The notes: generated by a model from the letters alone, not told the origin. A stretch of 32,000 nucleotides of DNA from Breznakia blatticola (GCF_004365815.1 NZ_SODD01000001.1:112588-144587); one strand, 5' to 3'. Positions 1 through 8,453 are shown, counted from the first letter of the stretch. Numbers and translations: made by a program.

Positions 1-1275
1 TTGTTGGCTGCTATCATTACTTGCCAAGTAAACAATCAGTATGAAACCTATGAAAAGAAAGCAAACTATCAGAAACTGACATCACTGGAAAACAATTCTG
101 ATATACATGCGTTGGATTTAGAAAACTATCGCTTTGAAGATTTACGATTTGTCTCTACCAGCGTAAATACAGCTTCACCAAAACTCAAACGCACAAGTAT
201 GTATACAAGCATCAATAATAGTTCATATAATATATTCTTCTACGATGTGATGATGCAAGCCATTCCAAGTAAAAACCGTGTAATTACTTCATATCAACAC
301 AATCCAGTTTTTGCCAAGTTGATGGGGATTCGATATTTGTATACTACAAAGAAATACGTTCCGATTGGCTATGAAGTGTATGCAGAAACAAAGGATTATA
401 AAATTCTTGAAAATAAAGAGGTTCGTCCAATTGCATACGGTACAAGTAAACTGCTACATACAGATGTCTTTGAAAAACTATCAGCTGTTGAAAAACTACA
501 GGCGTTGCAGTCATATCTAATTACAGACAATACATCAAATCAAGCGTATGAAAATAAAGTACAATCTGTAGCATTTCAACCAACCTTTACAAAACAAAGC
601 ACATCGCTACAACTTGAAATGAAAAACGATACACTGCTTGTGCAAGCAAAGAAAAAAGCAAGTGTAGATCTTACGCTCGAGCAAGATATTAAAGGAATTT
701 TAGTGATTGAATTTGATGTCGAAGATATCTCAAATATAGCCAAACAGGATATGTATATTGATATCCAAGGTGTTCGAAATAAACTATCAAGTTTACATGC
801 TGCTTATCCAAATCACAATACGCATTTCACTTACACACTTAGTGATGCAAAGGAATTAAAAAAACTGCACCTTACCTTTTCTGAAGGTAACTATAAACTC
901 ACAAATATTCAACTGCATCAATTCGAAGATGTCTCTATAGATCAATTACATCTTGATACATTTACACAAATTGAAAGTGATGCAGTTTTAGAAGGAACTA
1001 TCACAATGCAAGAAGATGGCATGTTTGCCACTTCCTTGCCGATGCAAGATGGCTACCAACTTTATGTAGATGGTAAAAAACTAACCATTGAAACTGTGAA
1101 TACAACCTTTGTTGGCACAAAACTAAGCAAAGGCAGTCACACAATCAAATTAATCTATACGCCTCCAGGAAAGCCTTTAGGGTTTTTGATCAGCGGATGT
1201 ATGTTTATCATACTTTGCCTAAAAGGTGTATGGGAAAGGAGACCCTATGTTCAACATCGACAAACAACTCATTAA
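1..1275 (+). CDS. YfhO-family membrane glycosyltransferase, C-terminal part (5' end outside window)
   Basis: The ORF is open from base 1. A large extracytoplasmic-type domain ends in HTIKLIYTPPGKPLGFLISGCMFIILCL, a terminal TM helix of the kind seen in YfhO proteins. It lies directly upstream of GtrA-like and GT2 genes, the usual YfhO context. Confidence 0.65.
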   Translation: MLAAIITCQVNNQYETYEKKANYQKLTSLENNSDIHALDLENYRFEDLRFVSTSVNTASPKLKRTSMYTSINNSSYNIFFYDVMMQAIPSKNRVITSYQHNPVFAKLMGIRYLYTTKKYVPIGYEVYAETKDYKILENKEVRPIAYGTSKLLHTDVFEKLSAVEKLQALQSYLITDNTSNQAYENKVQSVAFQPTFTKQSTSLQLEMKNDTLLVQAKKKASVDLTLEQDIKGILVIEFDVEDISNIAKQDMYIDIQGVRNKLSSLHAAYPNHNTHFTYTLSDAKELKKLHLTFSEGNYKLTNIQLHQFEDVSIDQLHLDTFTQIESDAVLEGTITMQEDGMFATSLPMQDGYQLYVDGKKLTIETVNTTFVGTKLSKGSHTIKLIYTPPGKPLGFLISGCMFIILCLKGVWERRPYVQHRQTTH

Positions 1276-1648
1276 ATATATTTTCAATGGTGGTTTCACC
1301 ACACTTGTAAACTACATCGTTTACTTCATTTTGACATATGTAGGGGTTCAATATTTAATTGCAAATACAATTGCTTGGGTAGTAGCTGTGCTAGTTGCAT
1401 TTTATACCAATCGTTTATGGGTATTTCAATCAAATGAACCATTTATACAACAATTAATCAATTTTGTATCATTGCGCGCTTTAACTTTACTGATTGAAAA
1501 TGGACTACTGTATGTTTGTATTCAACTTATCGGTATTGCTAGTATACCTGCAAAACTGTTTGTGAGTATTATTACAGTTATCGCAAACTATGGAATATGT
1601 AAAAGTAAAATATTTAGAAAAGGAGAACCGAATTATGGAAACCATTAG
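1247..1648 (+). CDS. GtrA-family small membrane protein (candidate polyprenyl-phosphate-sugar flippase)
   Basis: The N-terminus MFNIDKQLIKYIFNGGFTTLVNYIVYFIL matches the GtrA-type signature, and the ~130 aa protein has 4 predicted TM helices. AGGAG lies 5 nt before the ATG at 1247. The ORF-track start at 1226 is a GTG without an SD. Confidence 0.8.
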   Translation: MFNIDKQLIKYIFNGGFTTLVNYIVYFILTYVGVQYLIANTIAWVVAVLVAFYTNRLWVFQSNEPFIQQLINFVSLRALTLLIENGLLYVCIQLIGIASIPAKLFVSIITVIANYGICKSKIFRKGEPNYGNH

Positions 1649-2561
1649 TATCATCGTTCCTTGTTATAACGAAGAAGAATCCATCCCATTATTCTACACA
1701 ACAACAAAAGCAGAACTTCAAAAAATTGAAGGTGTGAATTATGAGTTTATTTTTGTGAATGATGGTAGTACAGATCAAAGTATTCATGAACTAAAGTTAC
1801 TTGCTTTACAAGATACAAACTGTCACTATATTTCATTCTCAAGAAACTTCGGAAAAGAATCCGCAATGTTTGCAGGATTGCAAAAAGCAACGGGTGAGTA
1901 TTGTGTCATTATGGATGCAGATTTACAACATCCTCCTACCTTACTAAAAGAAATGTATCAAGTCTTGAAATATGAAAACTATGATTGTGCAGCTGGTAAA
2001 CGCATGGACCGTACAGGTGAAGGAGGCTTACGTAGCTTTTTAAGTAAACAATTTTACAAAGTCATTAGCCGTCTAACAAAAATGGATATGAGTGATGGTT
2101 CTGGTGATTTTCGAATGATGCGACGCGTAATGGTTGATGCGATTTTACAAATGAAAGAATACAATCGTTATATGAAAGGAATCTTCTCATTTGTTGGTTT
2201 TGATACAAAGTGGATTGAATTTCATAATGTAGAACGCGTTGCTGGACAAACTAAGTGGAGTTTAAAAAGTTTATTCTCCTATGCCTTTGAAGGAATTGTA
2301 TCTTTTTCTACTAAGCCATTATTGTTTGCGGGAATTGTTGGAACTATCCTACTAGCAATATCAACCATTCTAGGAATGAGCATTATTATTCGTTTATGTT
2401 TAAGCCAAGTGATTTCCTCATCATTTTATCTACTTACACTGCTTGTCTTTTTAAGTAGTCTACAAATGATTTTCGTATCTATACTTGGTCAATATGTATC
2501 AAAGGATTACTTAGAAAACAAGAAACGCCCAATCTACATTATCAAGGAAAGTGATTTATGA
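1635..2561 (+). CDS. Family 2 glycosyltransferase, polyprenyl-phosphate sugar synthase type (CsbB/GtrB-like)
   Basis: Contains ISIIVPCYNEEESI, FVNDGSTD and MDADLQHPP (GT-A DxD-type motifs) plus two C-terminal TM helices, as in GtrB/CsbB. AGGAG lies 9 nt upstream of the ATG at 1635. Confidence 0.85.
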   Translation: METISIIVPCYNEEESIPLFYTTTKAELQKIEGVNYEFIFVNDGSTDQSIHELKLLALQDTNCHYISFSRNFGKESAMFAGLQKATGEYCVIMDADLQHPPTLLKEMYQVLKYENYDCAAGKRMDRTGEGGLRSFLSKQFYKVISRLTKMDMSDGSGDFRMMRRVMVDAILQMKEYNRYMKGIFSFVGFDTKWIEFHNVERVAGQTKWSLKSLFSYAFEGIVSFSTKPLLFAGIVGTILLAISTILGMSIIIRLCLSQVISSSFYLLTLLVFLSSLQMIFVSILGQYVSKDYLENKKRPIYIIKESDL

Positions 2562-3187
2562 GTTATGCGAAAATTCTACTTTGTCTTAGTATTTTACTTT
2601 TTAAAACTCCTACAATCCAACAAACAGAACATACAAGTTTGATGATCGTTGCACATCCAGATGATGAATCGCTTTTTGCTGGTGAAGAAATTAGCTCACA
2701 TCCCTATTTTATTATATGTATTACGAATGGAGACAATCCTACACGTAGAGCGGAGTTTATGCAAATGCTAAAGAAAACAAACAATAATGGAATCATTCTT
2801 TCCTATCCAGATAAAGTAAACAATAGGCGAAGTGATTGGTATTACGAAAAAGAAAGCATCAGAAAGACACTTTCTTTCTATACAAAAATATACGACTGGG
2901 AAAAAATTGTTACCCATAACCCGCAAGGTGAATATGGGCATCAACATCACATCATGACAAGTAATATAGTAAAAAATATTACTCAACAACAAAACATAAA
3001 AGAAAAACTCTATTGTTTTTCCTATTTCAAGAAAGAGCAAAATCCACCATATGCAAAACAACTCACGAAAGCACAACATCAAGCAAAAGTGGAATTACTT
3101 GAACTCTATTCTTCACAAGAAAAAACAGTTCATAAGTTTGATCACTACATTGACTATGAGAAACTTGTTCCCTATTTCAATGATTGA
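2558..3187 (+). CDS. PIG-L/LmbE-family N-acetylglucosaminyl deacetylase with signal-peptide-like N-terminus
   Basis: Carries the MIVAHPDDE motif and a later GHQHHIM histidine cluster, typical of LmbE/PIG-L zinc deacetylases. About 25 residues precede the AHPDDE motif and form an n-region plus hydrophobic core (MSYAKILLCLSILLFKTP). Its start forms an ATGA overlap with the GT2 stop. Confidence 0.75.
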   Translation: MSYAKILLCLSILLFKTPTIQQTEHTSLMIVAHPDDESLFAGEEISSHPYFIICITNGDNPTRRAEFMQMLKKTNNNGIILSYPDKVNNRRSDWYYEKESIRKTLSFYTKIYDWEKIVTHNPQGEYGHQHHIMTSNIVKNITQQQNIKEKLYCFSYFKKEQNPPYAKQLTKAQHQAKVELLELYSSQEKTVHKFDHYIDYEKLVPYFND

Positions 3188-4515
3188 AAGATTTGTTCAA
3201 TCTCTTGTCTTTGCCAAGCATCTAGTGTTCCTAGGTGCTTTTTTAATAACGTATACCACTCTCTAGCGCTTTCTAAGCGATGAAGTGTATCTGCATCTAA
3301 TGTGGGTGTCTGTTGAAACAAAAACTCCTCAGGATAGATATAACGAAACAATAAAGCAAGCGTTAAACTATCCAACTTACAAAAATAGGTTTCATATTCT
3401 TCTTGATTAAAAATCGACATATCAAGAATATCCAAAACATCATGAATGGATGCCTTAGATGATAGCAATCGTTGAACTCTAGCTTCTGTACAAGATTCTT
3501 GTTCAATCTGTTCCACTATATCCAAAAATGAATCATTGTCCATCGCATGATGTACTTGAAATTGTACTTTATTACAATCTTCCATTTCATAAATAATAAA
3601 TGAATCAAAACTTTGATGGCTAATGGCAATTTGTAATTCTTGGACAAATCGTTCTTTGAAGCGTAAAGAATATGTGTACATTTCAGGATTAATACTATTT
3701 TGCAATCGCTTGTATGCTAGATTGGCAAATGTATTTGCATTTGTAATTTTCCGCGCTAAAAATTCTAATTCTACTTTAGTGAGTAATAATTTCTTTGGAT
3801 TTGGGAGTAAGCAGGCAAACAGTTGTTGTCGAAGTAGTAGTTCCATAATATTCAAACCTAGTACATGTACGCTAATCCCCTTTTGCAATTCATACCAATG
3901 TACGAGTGTTTCTAACTGATTTTCATACAAATGACAAAACTGTTGTTCCAAATCGAAACGATTGGCATATTCTTGTGCTAAATCAAGACCAACCAAACCA
4001 TACATTTGATGATCCAAAGCAAGCCCATCTAATAGTGGATAATCAAAATCTTGCTTACAAAGTGTCGCTTTATATGCAGGATGATAATCCTTAATAAAAT
4101 CAAAGAATTGATGATGTAAGACATCTTGATAGCGCTCATTTTCCACGTGCAGTGCTTGTTTTTCTAAACGTAATGCTTGGTGCTTTAAAGATTCAAGTTG
4201 TTTCTCTATGTACTGAAAGCCCTGTTGATAGAAGCATTCTATATGATTTGCTTGTAATAAACTAGGGTTGTCTTTATATGTATGTACATGATCAAGTGCA
4301 TACAAAATACTACGATGGATTTGCTTATAGGCATGCAATGATATAGTGGAACTTCTTTTATGGTTATATTGCAATACCAAATGATGTGCAATCTTTACTA
4401 GTTCACTTTCAATTGCTTGTATTTGCACCTCATCTATTTTCCCTTCTTTTTGTAGTTTATGAACCATATCCGTAAATGAATATTCTTGATATTGTGCATG
4501 TATTAGTTCATTCAT
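3172..4515 (-). CDS. Hypothetical cytoplasmic alpha-helical protein (~447 aa), function unknown
   Basis: A long clean ORF with no TM segments and no catalytic motif I recognise. The ATG at 4515 overlaps the upstream gene's stop (ATGA), so that start is preferred over 4554. From memory it may correspond to a Firmicutes-only DUF family (DUF6179-like), which I could not verify. Confidence 0.65.
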   Translation of the reverse strand: MNELIHAQYQEYSFTDMVHKLQKEGKIDEVQIQAIESELVKIAHHLVLQYNHKRSSTISLHAYKQIHRSILYALDHVHTYKDNPSLLQANHIECFYQQGFQYIEKQLESLKHQALRLEKQALHVENERYQDVLHHQFFDFIKDYHPAYKATLCKQDFDYPLLDGLALDHQMYGLVGLDLAQEYANRFDLEQQFCHLYENQLETLVHWYELQKGISVHVLGLNIMELLLRQQLFACLLPNPKKLLLTKVELEFLARKITNANTFANLAYKRLQNSINPEMYTYSLRFKERFVQELQIAISHQSFDSFIIYEMEDCNKVQFQVHHAMDNDSFLDIVEQIEQESCTEARVQRLLSSKASIHDVLDILDMSIFNQEEYETYFCKLDSLTLALLFRYIYPEEFLFQQTPTLDADTLHRLESAREWYTLLKKHLGTLDAWQRQEIEQIFQSLK

Positions 4516-4919
4516 TTTGAAGACCTCACAGTTTGGATAATTTGGTAGATACATTCACTATCTAATTGACCATGATTATGCAAGTAATGCTGATACATCA
4601 ACGCAACTAGTTCATCATCATACAAACGTGCTCGTACATATTTACGTATGGCATAATACGAATTCATAAAAGATGCAATTACATCCACAAAATCAACTTG
4701 TCGAATATATGGTGAATACGCAAGTTTACTAGCAATGGTAAAAATAATATTCGCATGAATATCAATTAATCCAAATTGAGTATAGCTTTGTTTCTGACAA
4801 ACGATCAATTTGTTAATATCTTCATTTGATAATTGATGTCCAGCTTGTGCAATTTCATAATTCACATCATGTAATTGAAGACTAAAATCAGTTGTGCTTG
4901 GGATATTGTTTTGTCTCAT
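4512..4919 (-). CDS. Hypothetical small cytoplasmic protein (~135 aa), partner of the 447-aa protein
   Basis: GGAGG lies 7 nt upstream of the ATG at 4919, and the stop overlaps the downstream start. It has no recognisable motif. It may be a DUF6323-like family member, from memory and unverified. Confidence 0.6.
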   Translation of the reverse strand: MRQNNIPSTTDFSLQLHDVNYEIAQAGHQLSNEDINKLIVCQKQSYTQFGLIDIHANIIFTIASKLAYSPYIRQVDFVDVIASFMNSYYAIRKYVRARLYDDELVALMYQHYLHNHGQLDSECIYQIIQTVRSSK

Positions 4920-4938
4920 AAATAACCTCCGTGTACTC

Positions 4939-4967
4939 TTTATACGCCTCATCGCTAAACATGACAA
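4939..4967 (-). promoter_or_regulatory. Candidate sigma-A promoter for the two-gene unknown operon
   Basis: The minus strand reads TTGTCA, 17 nt, TATAAA, ending about 20 nt upstream of the ATG at 4919. Confidence 0.4.
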
Positions 4968-5014
4968 GCCTTGAAAAAAAGGCGAAAATATGGTAATATA
5001 ACACTATAAAAGAA

Positions 5015-5065
5015 GCAAAAAAGTAGAGAAATTTTCCACAAAACGGAAACTCTCTACTTTTTTAT
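5015..5065 (-). terminator. Rho-independent terminator after the histidine phosphatase gene (bidirectional shape)
   Basis: An outer stem AGTAGAGA/TCTCTACT and an inner stem TTTCC/GGAAA with a 7-nt loop, flanked by an A-run and a T-run. It sits about 30 nt downstream of the stop at 5089. Confidence 0.65.
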
Positions 5066-5088
5066 TTTAGTATATCAAATCTGTCAAG

Positions 5089-5673
5089 TTACACATCAAG
5101 TTCGCGAAAGTCATGAGAAATCATTTCCTCAAACATGAGTTTTCCATCTTCATATGTAAAGCGTAAGATTGCACAGTTTGGAATTGGATACGTAATCTTT
5201 GTTTTTGCATATGTTTCATTCGCGCGATAGAGTTGTGCACACGCTGCACCATGAGATACCATCAACACCTGTTGATGGTCTTCTTGATCCATAATGTTCG
5301 TGACAGTATCCATCAAACGTTTACGAAACTCCATTTCGTCTTCTCCACCATATTGCACAAAGAAGTCACCATATGGAGGTTTTGGGTCTACCACATCATT
5401 AGATCCTTCTAAACGTCCAAAATTCCATTCCTTTAATCCACGCACACGTTGGTATGCTTGCTTACTAACAAGCTCTAATGTATCACTTGCCCGTTCTGAA
5501 GTTGACGAGTAAGCGTGATCAAATACAATATCATGCTCTTTAAAATATCTTCCTGCAATGATTGCTTGGTTTTTTCCTAAGGTGGTTAGTGGAGAATCAC
5601 TCCACCCTTGTTTAAGATGTAAGACATTGAACAACGTTTGCCCATGTCGCATAAAATATAATGTTTTTGCCAT
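5089..5673 (-). CDS. Histidine phosphatase superfamily protein (phosphoglycerate-mutase-like branch)
   Basis: Has the N-terminal catalytic motif FMRHGQT, then SSTSERASDT, and the distal VSHGAA histidine. GGGAG lies 5 nt upstream of the ATG, inside the end of the preceding gene. Confidence 0.85.
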   Translation of the reverse strand: MAKTLYFMRHGQTLFNVLHLKQGWSDSPLTTLGKNQAIIAGRYFKEHDIVFDHAYSSTSERASDTLELVSKQAYQRVRGLKEWNFGRLEGSNDVVDPKPPYGDFFVQYGGEDEMEFRKRLMDTVTNIMDQEDHQQVLMVSHGAACAQLYRANETYAKTKITYPIPNCAILRFTYEDGKLMFEEMISHDFRELDV

Positions 5674-5674
5674 A

Positions 5675-6343
5675 CTACTCCCTTACTATACACTTATCAA
5701 TAATTTCTCTTTCTTGTATTGCTGTTTCTTGTAAATACGTCGCAAAACCTGAAGCATTTTGTTTGTTAATACACGTTGCAACATAAGATGCATCATCTTT
5801 TAAAAACACATGAGGTGTCAGTTGCCATTTCAATAACATATAATTCAGCAATAATTCACATACACATGTATTTCCTTGTGTAAAAGGCTCACCTTTTCTC
5901 ATCGCTAGATACAATGAAGCAACTTGCTTATACTGTCGTTTAATAACACGAACTTTGGAATGATGAAATGTATCCAACACTTCTTTAAATGCCAATTTTG
6001 CTTGTGTATTCCTATATGTTACTTCAATATTTGCATCCTTGTAAAGAAGTTGTACAAGTTCTAGCACATCATGTTCATCTATATCTTTCTTACTACTTGC
6101 AAGTTCTAACATTTGATTAAATGCATGCTTGTAATTGAGAATCGCATAAATTTGCTGTGGAGATATTGTAAGAATGAACTCACTTGCATTAAATGCCAAA
6201 GCATATACTTCTGCGTATGATAAATATTGTTTTTGTTCAGATAACGCAAAGAAAATACTTCGCGATACGAAGCTACGATAATACAGTGTCTGTTCCTTTA
6301 ATAAATCTGTGACATTCATTACTATCATTGTACATGAGTCCAT
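5675..6343 (-). CDS. Fic-fold protein with degenerate active-site motif (probable pseudoenzyme)
   Basis: EPFTQGNTCVCELLLNYMLL aligns position by position with the Fic motif HPFxDGNGRxxRLLxNxxL, but H, D, G, R and R are replaced by E, Q, T, C and E. The start codon is uncertain: three ATGs lie at 6343-6317 and none has a clear SD. Confidence 0.55.
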   Translation of the reverse strand: MDSCTMIVMNVTDLLKEQTLYYRSFVSRSIFFALSEQKQYLSYAEVYALAFNASEFILTISPQQIYAILNYKHAFNQMLELASSKKDIDEHDVLELVQLLYKDANIEVTYRNTQAKLAFKEVLDTFHHSKVRVIKRQYKQVASLYLAMRKGEPFTQGNTCVCELLLNYMLLKWQLTPHVFLKDDASYVATCINKQNASGFATYLQETAIQEREIIDKCIVRE

Positions 6344-6382
6344 CGTATTTGTCGTTACTTATTCATTGAACAAAATTGCACA

Positions 6383-6571
6383 TCATTCATCTTTTTGTTT
6401 TTTCTTTTCTTGATAGATTTTATAACTAGCAAAAAGATACATTGCGTCGGCAAAAAGAATGGCGATAGCAAAGGCGAACTCACTTCGATCGTTGGTTAAC
6501 AAAACATACACAGCGTATATCAATGTTAGTACACTTATTATATCACTAAGCGTTTTTAAGACTTTCTTCAT
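6383..6571 (-). CDS. Small two-TM membrane protein (~62 aa)
   Basis: MKKVLKTLSDIISVLTLIYAVYVLL...FAFAIAILFADAMYLFASY followed by a Lys-rich tail. The longer ORF-track start at 6616 would overlap the terminator hairpin of the upstream gene, so the start at 6571 is preferred. No clear SD. Confidence 0.4.
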   Translation of the reverse strand: MKKVLKTLSDIISVLTLIYAVYVLLTNDRSEFAFAIAILFADAMYLFASYKIYQEKKKQKDE

Positions 6572-6611
6572 ATTTGCATCATAACATATCAAATATTGAA
6601 TTGCATATTTA

Positions 6612-6637
6612 TACAAAAAGCAGTCGCTAGACTGCTC
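6612..6637 (-). terminator. Rho-independent terminator after the anti-sigma gene
   Basis: A 7-bp stem AGCAGTC/GACTGCT with loop GCTA lies immediately after the stop at 6638, followed by TTTTTG on the minus strand. Confidence 0.6.
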
Positions 6638-7711
6638 CTATTTTTGTAATGGTGAGAACTTTGCATCGAAGACCTGCATATAGTATGTATTTTCATCCTG
6701 CAATAGTTTTAATGCAGTTTGCTTATCCACAACTAAACGTATTCCATATATCTTTGTTTCATCATTCTTTAGTTTATCAACTTCGTCATTGATTACATCG
6801 ATTACATATGGATAATTTATAGCTCGTTGAAGAAATTCACTATGATCTTTCAGTAATTTTAAAGAACTTGCATAAACTTCTTTTAATCCTTCTTCAGTAT
6901 AAACTACATCTCCACATAATCCTGGATATGATGTTGAACACACTTGCGGGAAGTAGAGTGGTGAGAATCCTAGCGTATTAATATCGCGTATGTTTGTCGC
7001 AATGTATTGCACGTCCACATCAGCTAAGATACCCTGTTTATATGTGACAAATTGATCAAAACTCATCGACTTGTCAAAGGATATAGATATGTCAACTTGT
7101 GCTGACTCAGGTAAATTATCAATGTCTTTTTTTAGGGCTTCATGTTGTTTAGCTATTTCATTCTCACTAAGTTGAGGATAATTGTCTTCATCTGTTATTT
7201 GCTTATCCTTTGAATAAAACTGATACACATGAAACATTGTATTTAATTGAATGCGACGATTACTTACTTCAATTATATCCTCTGATTCACCATAATTTAT
7301 TCGATCTAGATACGAAATATACTTTCCATAATACTCATAGTTACCAGAACCCAAGTTTGTGTAGCTACCATCCCCGAAAAGCGGAACATAGACAACTCCA
7401 GGATTTGCTACTGAAATATATGCTGAGACAAGCATTTGGAAATCCTGACGATCTATTGAATCTTCCTCATCACCAAATACATTATAATATCCTTCAATCT
7501 TTTCATTTACTGGATTGTAACTTGTAAGTTCTTTAAGCTTGTTTATACCAAAATACGCTCCTGCTAAAACAAGTGCCACAATTAGTGTATATACAAGCAT
7601 TCGCTTAACAAAATTCATATTCATACCATGTTTGATTTTCTTGAATGTTTTTTGATCAATATCTTTAGTGTCCATTGATAATAAATCATCGATTTTTTTG
7701 TCTTCGTTCAT
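6638..7711 (-). CDS. Single-pass membrane protein, putative anti-sigma factor with large extracytoplasmic domain
   Basis: Its start forms an ATGA overlap with the stop of the ECF sigma gene. It has a short cytoplasmic N-terminus, one TM helix (MLVYTLIVALVLAGAYFGI), and a ~290-aa external domain. Confidence 0.6.
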   Translation of the reverse strand: MNEDKKIDDLLSMDTKDIDQKTFKKIKHGMNMNFVKRMLVYTLIVALVLAGAYFGINKLKELTSYNPVNEKIEGYYNVFGDEEDSIDRQDFQMLVSAYISVANPGVVYVPLFGDGSYTNLGSGNYEYYGKYISYLDRINYGESEDIIEVSNRRIQLNTMFHVYQFYSKDKQITDEDNYPQLSENEIAKQHEALKKDIDNLPESAQVDISISFDKSMSFDQFVTYKQGILADVDVQYIATNIRDINTLGFSPLYFPQVCSTSYPGLCGDVVYTEEGLKEVYASSLKLLKDHSEFLQRAINYPYVIDVINDEVDKLKNDETKIYGIRLVVDKQTALKLLQDENTYYMQVFDAKFSPLQK

Positions 7712-8205
7712 AACATTTCCTCCTCTTTTGCATAAGCGATTAGTTTTTGTTTCACTCGATATCGTATACTGCGAATATGATCAAGTGATATTTTAAGCAA
7801 CTGTGCAATTTCTACATCGTCCAATTGCGATACCAAACTTAACAACATAACATTACGTTCTTTATCTGATAGTGTGTAGATTTTACGATACAGCCACCGT
7901 TTTTGCTCATCTTTAATATATTTCTTTGTTGCATCATAAGGATCTACTAACCACTCTACTTGATATTGACCTTCATCTAATATGCGATGATTCTTTCGAT
8001 ATGTATCAATAAACTGATTTTTCAATACTCGAAATAACCATGCTTCAATTTCTTTTTCACTTTTCAAATTAGACACACCTAATTTAATAAATGTTTCAGA
8101 TACCAAGTCTTCAGCGGAAGCTTCATCTTTTGCTAGAGACAACGCAAAAAGATATAGACGTTGATGATATGTATGATACAAAATTTCTAGCCAACGATTC
8201 TCCAT
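7708..8205 (-). CDS. ECF-type RNA polymerase sigma-70 family factor
   Basis: Region 2 is visible in LYLFALSLAKDEASAEDLVSETFIK and WLFRVLKNQFIDTYRK, and a region 4 HTH in LSDKERNVMLLSLVSQLDDVEIAQLLKISLDHIRSIRYRVKQKL. AAGGGGA lies 5 nt before the ATG at 8205. Confidence 0.85.
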   Translation of the reverse strand: MENRWLEILYHTYHQRLYLFALSLAKDEASAEDLVSETFIKLGVSNLKSEKEIEAWLFRVLKNQFIDTYRKNHRILDEGQYQVEWLVDPYDATKKYIKDEQKRWLYRKIYTLSDKERNVMLLSLVSQLDDVEIAQLLKISLDHIRSIRYRVKQKLIAYAKEEEML

Positions 8206-8234
8206 ACGTTTCCCCTTCACTTATATAACGAACT

Positions 8235-8262
8235 TATAGACAAAAAATGACAAAACTTTTCA
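8235..8262 (-). promoter_or_regulatory. Candidate ECF-type (autoregulatory) promoter
   Basis: The minus strand reads TGAAAA, 16 nt, TCTATA, loosely like the B. subtilis SigW-type TGAAAC-N16-CGTATA. It lies about 30 nt upstream of the sigma start. Confidence 0.25.
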
Positions 8263-8389
8263 AAAAAAGTGTACCATGTATTCTAGCAAAAAAAATATCT
8301 ATTATTGACAACATGCGAATGTTTTACCCCACAAATAAATACTGACAATATAAAAGTTAGAAGCTAATTGATTTTCAATATAATATTCA

Positions 8390-8453
8390 AGCAAAAGCAA
8401 AAGATAGATTATATAACCCACACAAAGTAGTACATGATATCATATAATCTATC
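8390..8453 (-). terminator. Possible terminator hairpin after the lipoprotein gene
   Basis: A 12-bp perfect stem GATAGATTATAT/ATATAATCTATC is followed on the minus strand by TTTTGCTTTTGC. The loop is unusually long (27 nt, containing the inner palindrome ATGATATCAT), so this call is weak. Confidence 0.3.
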
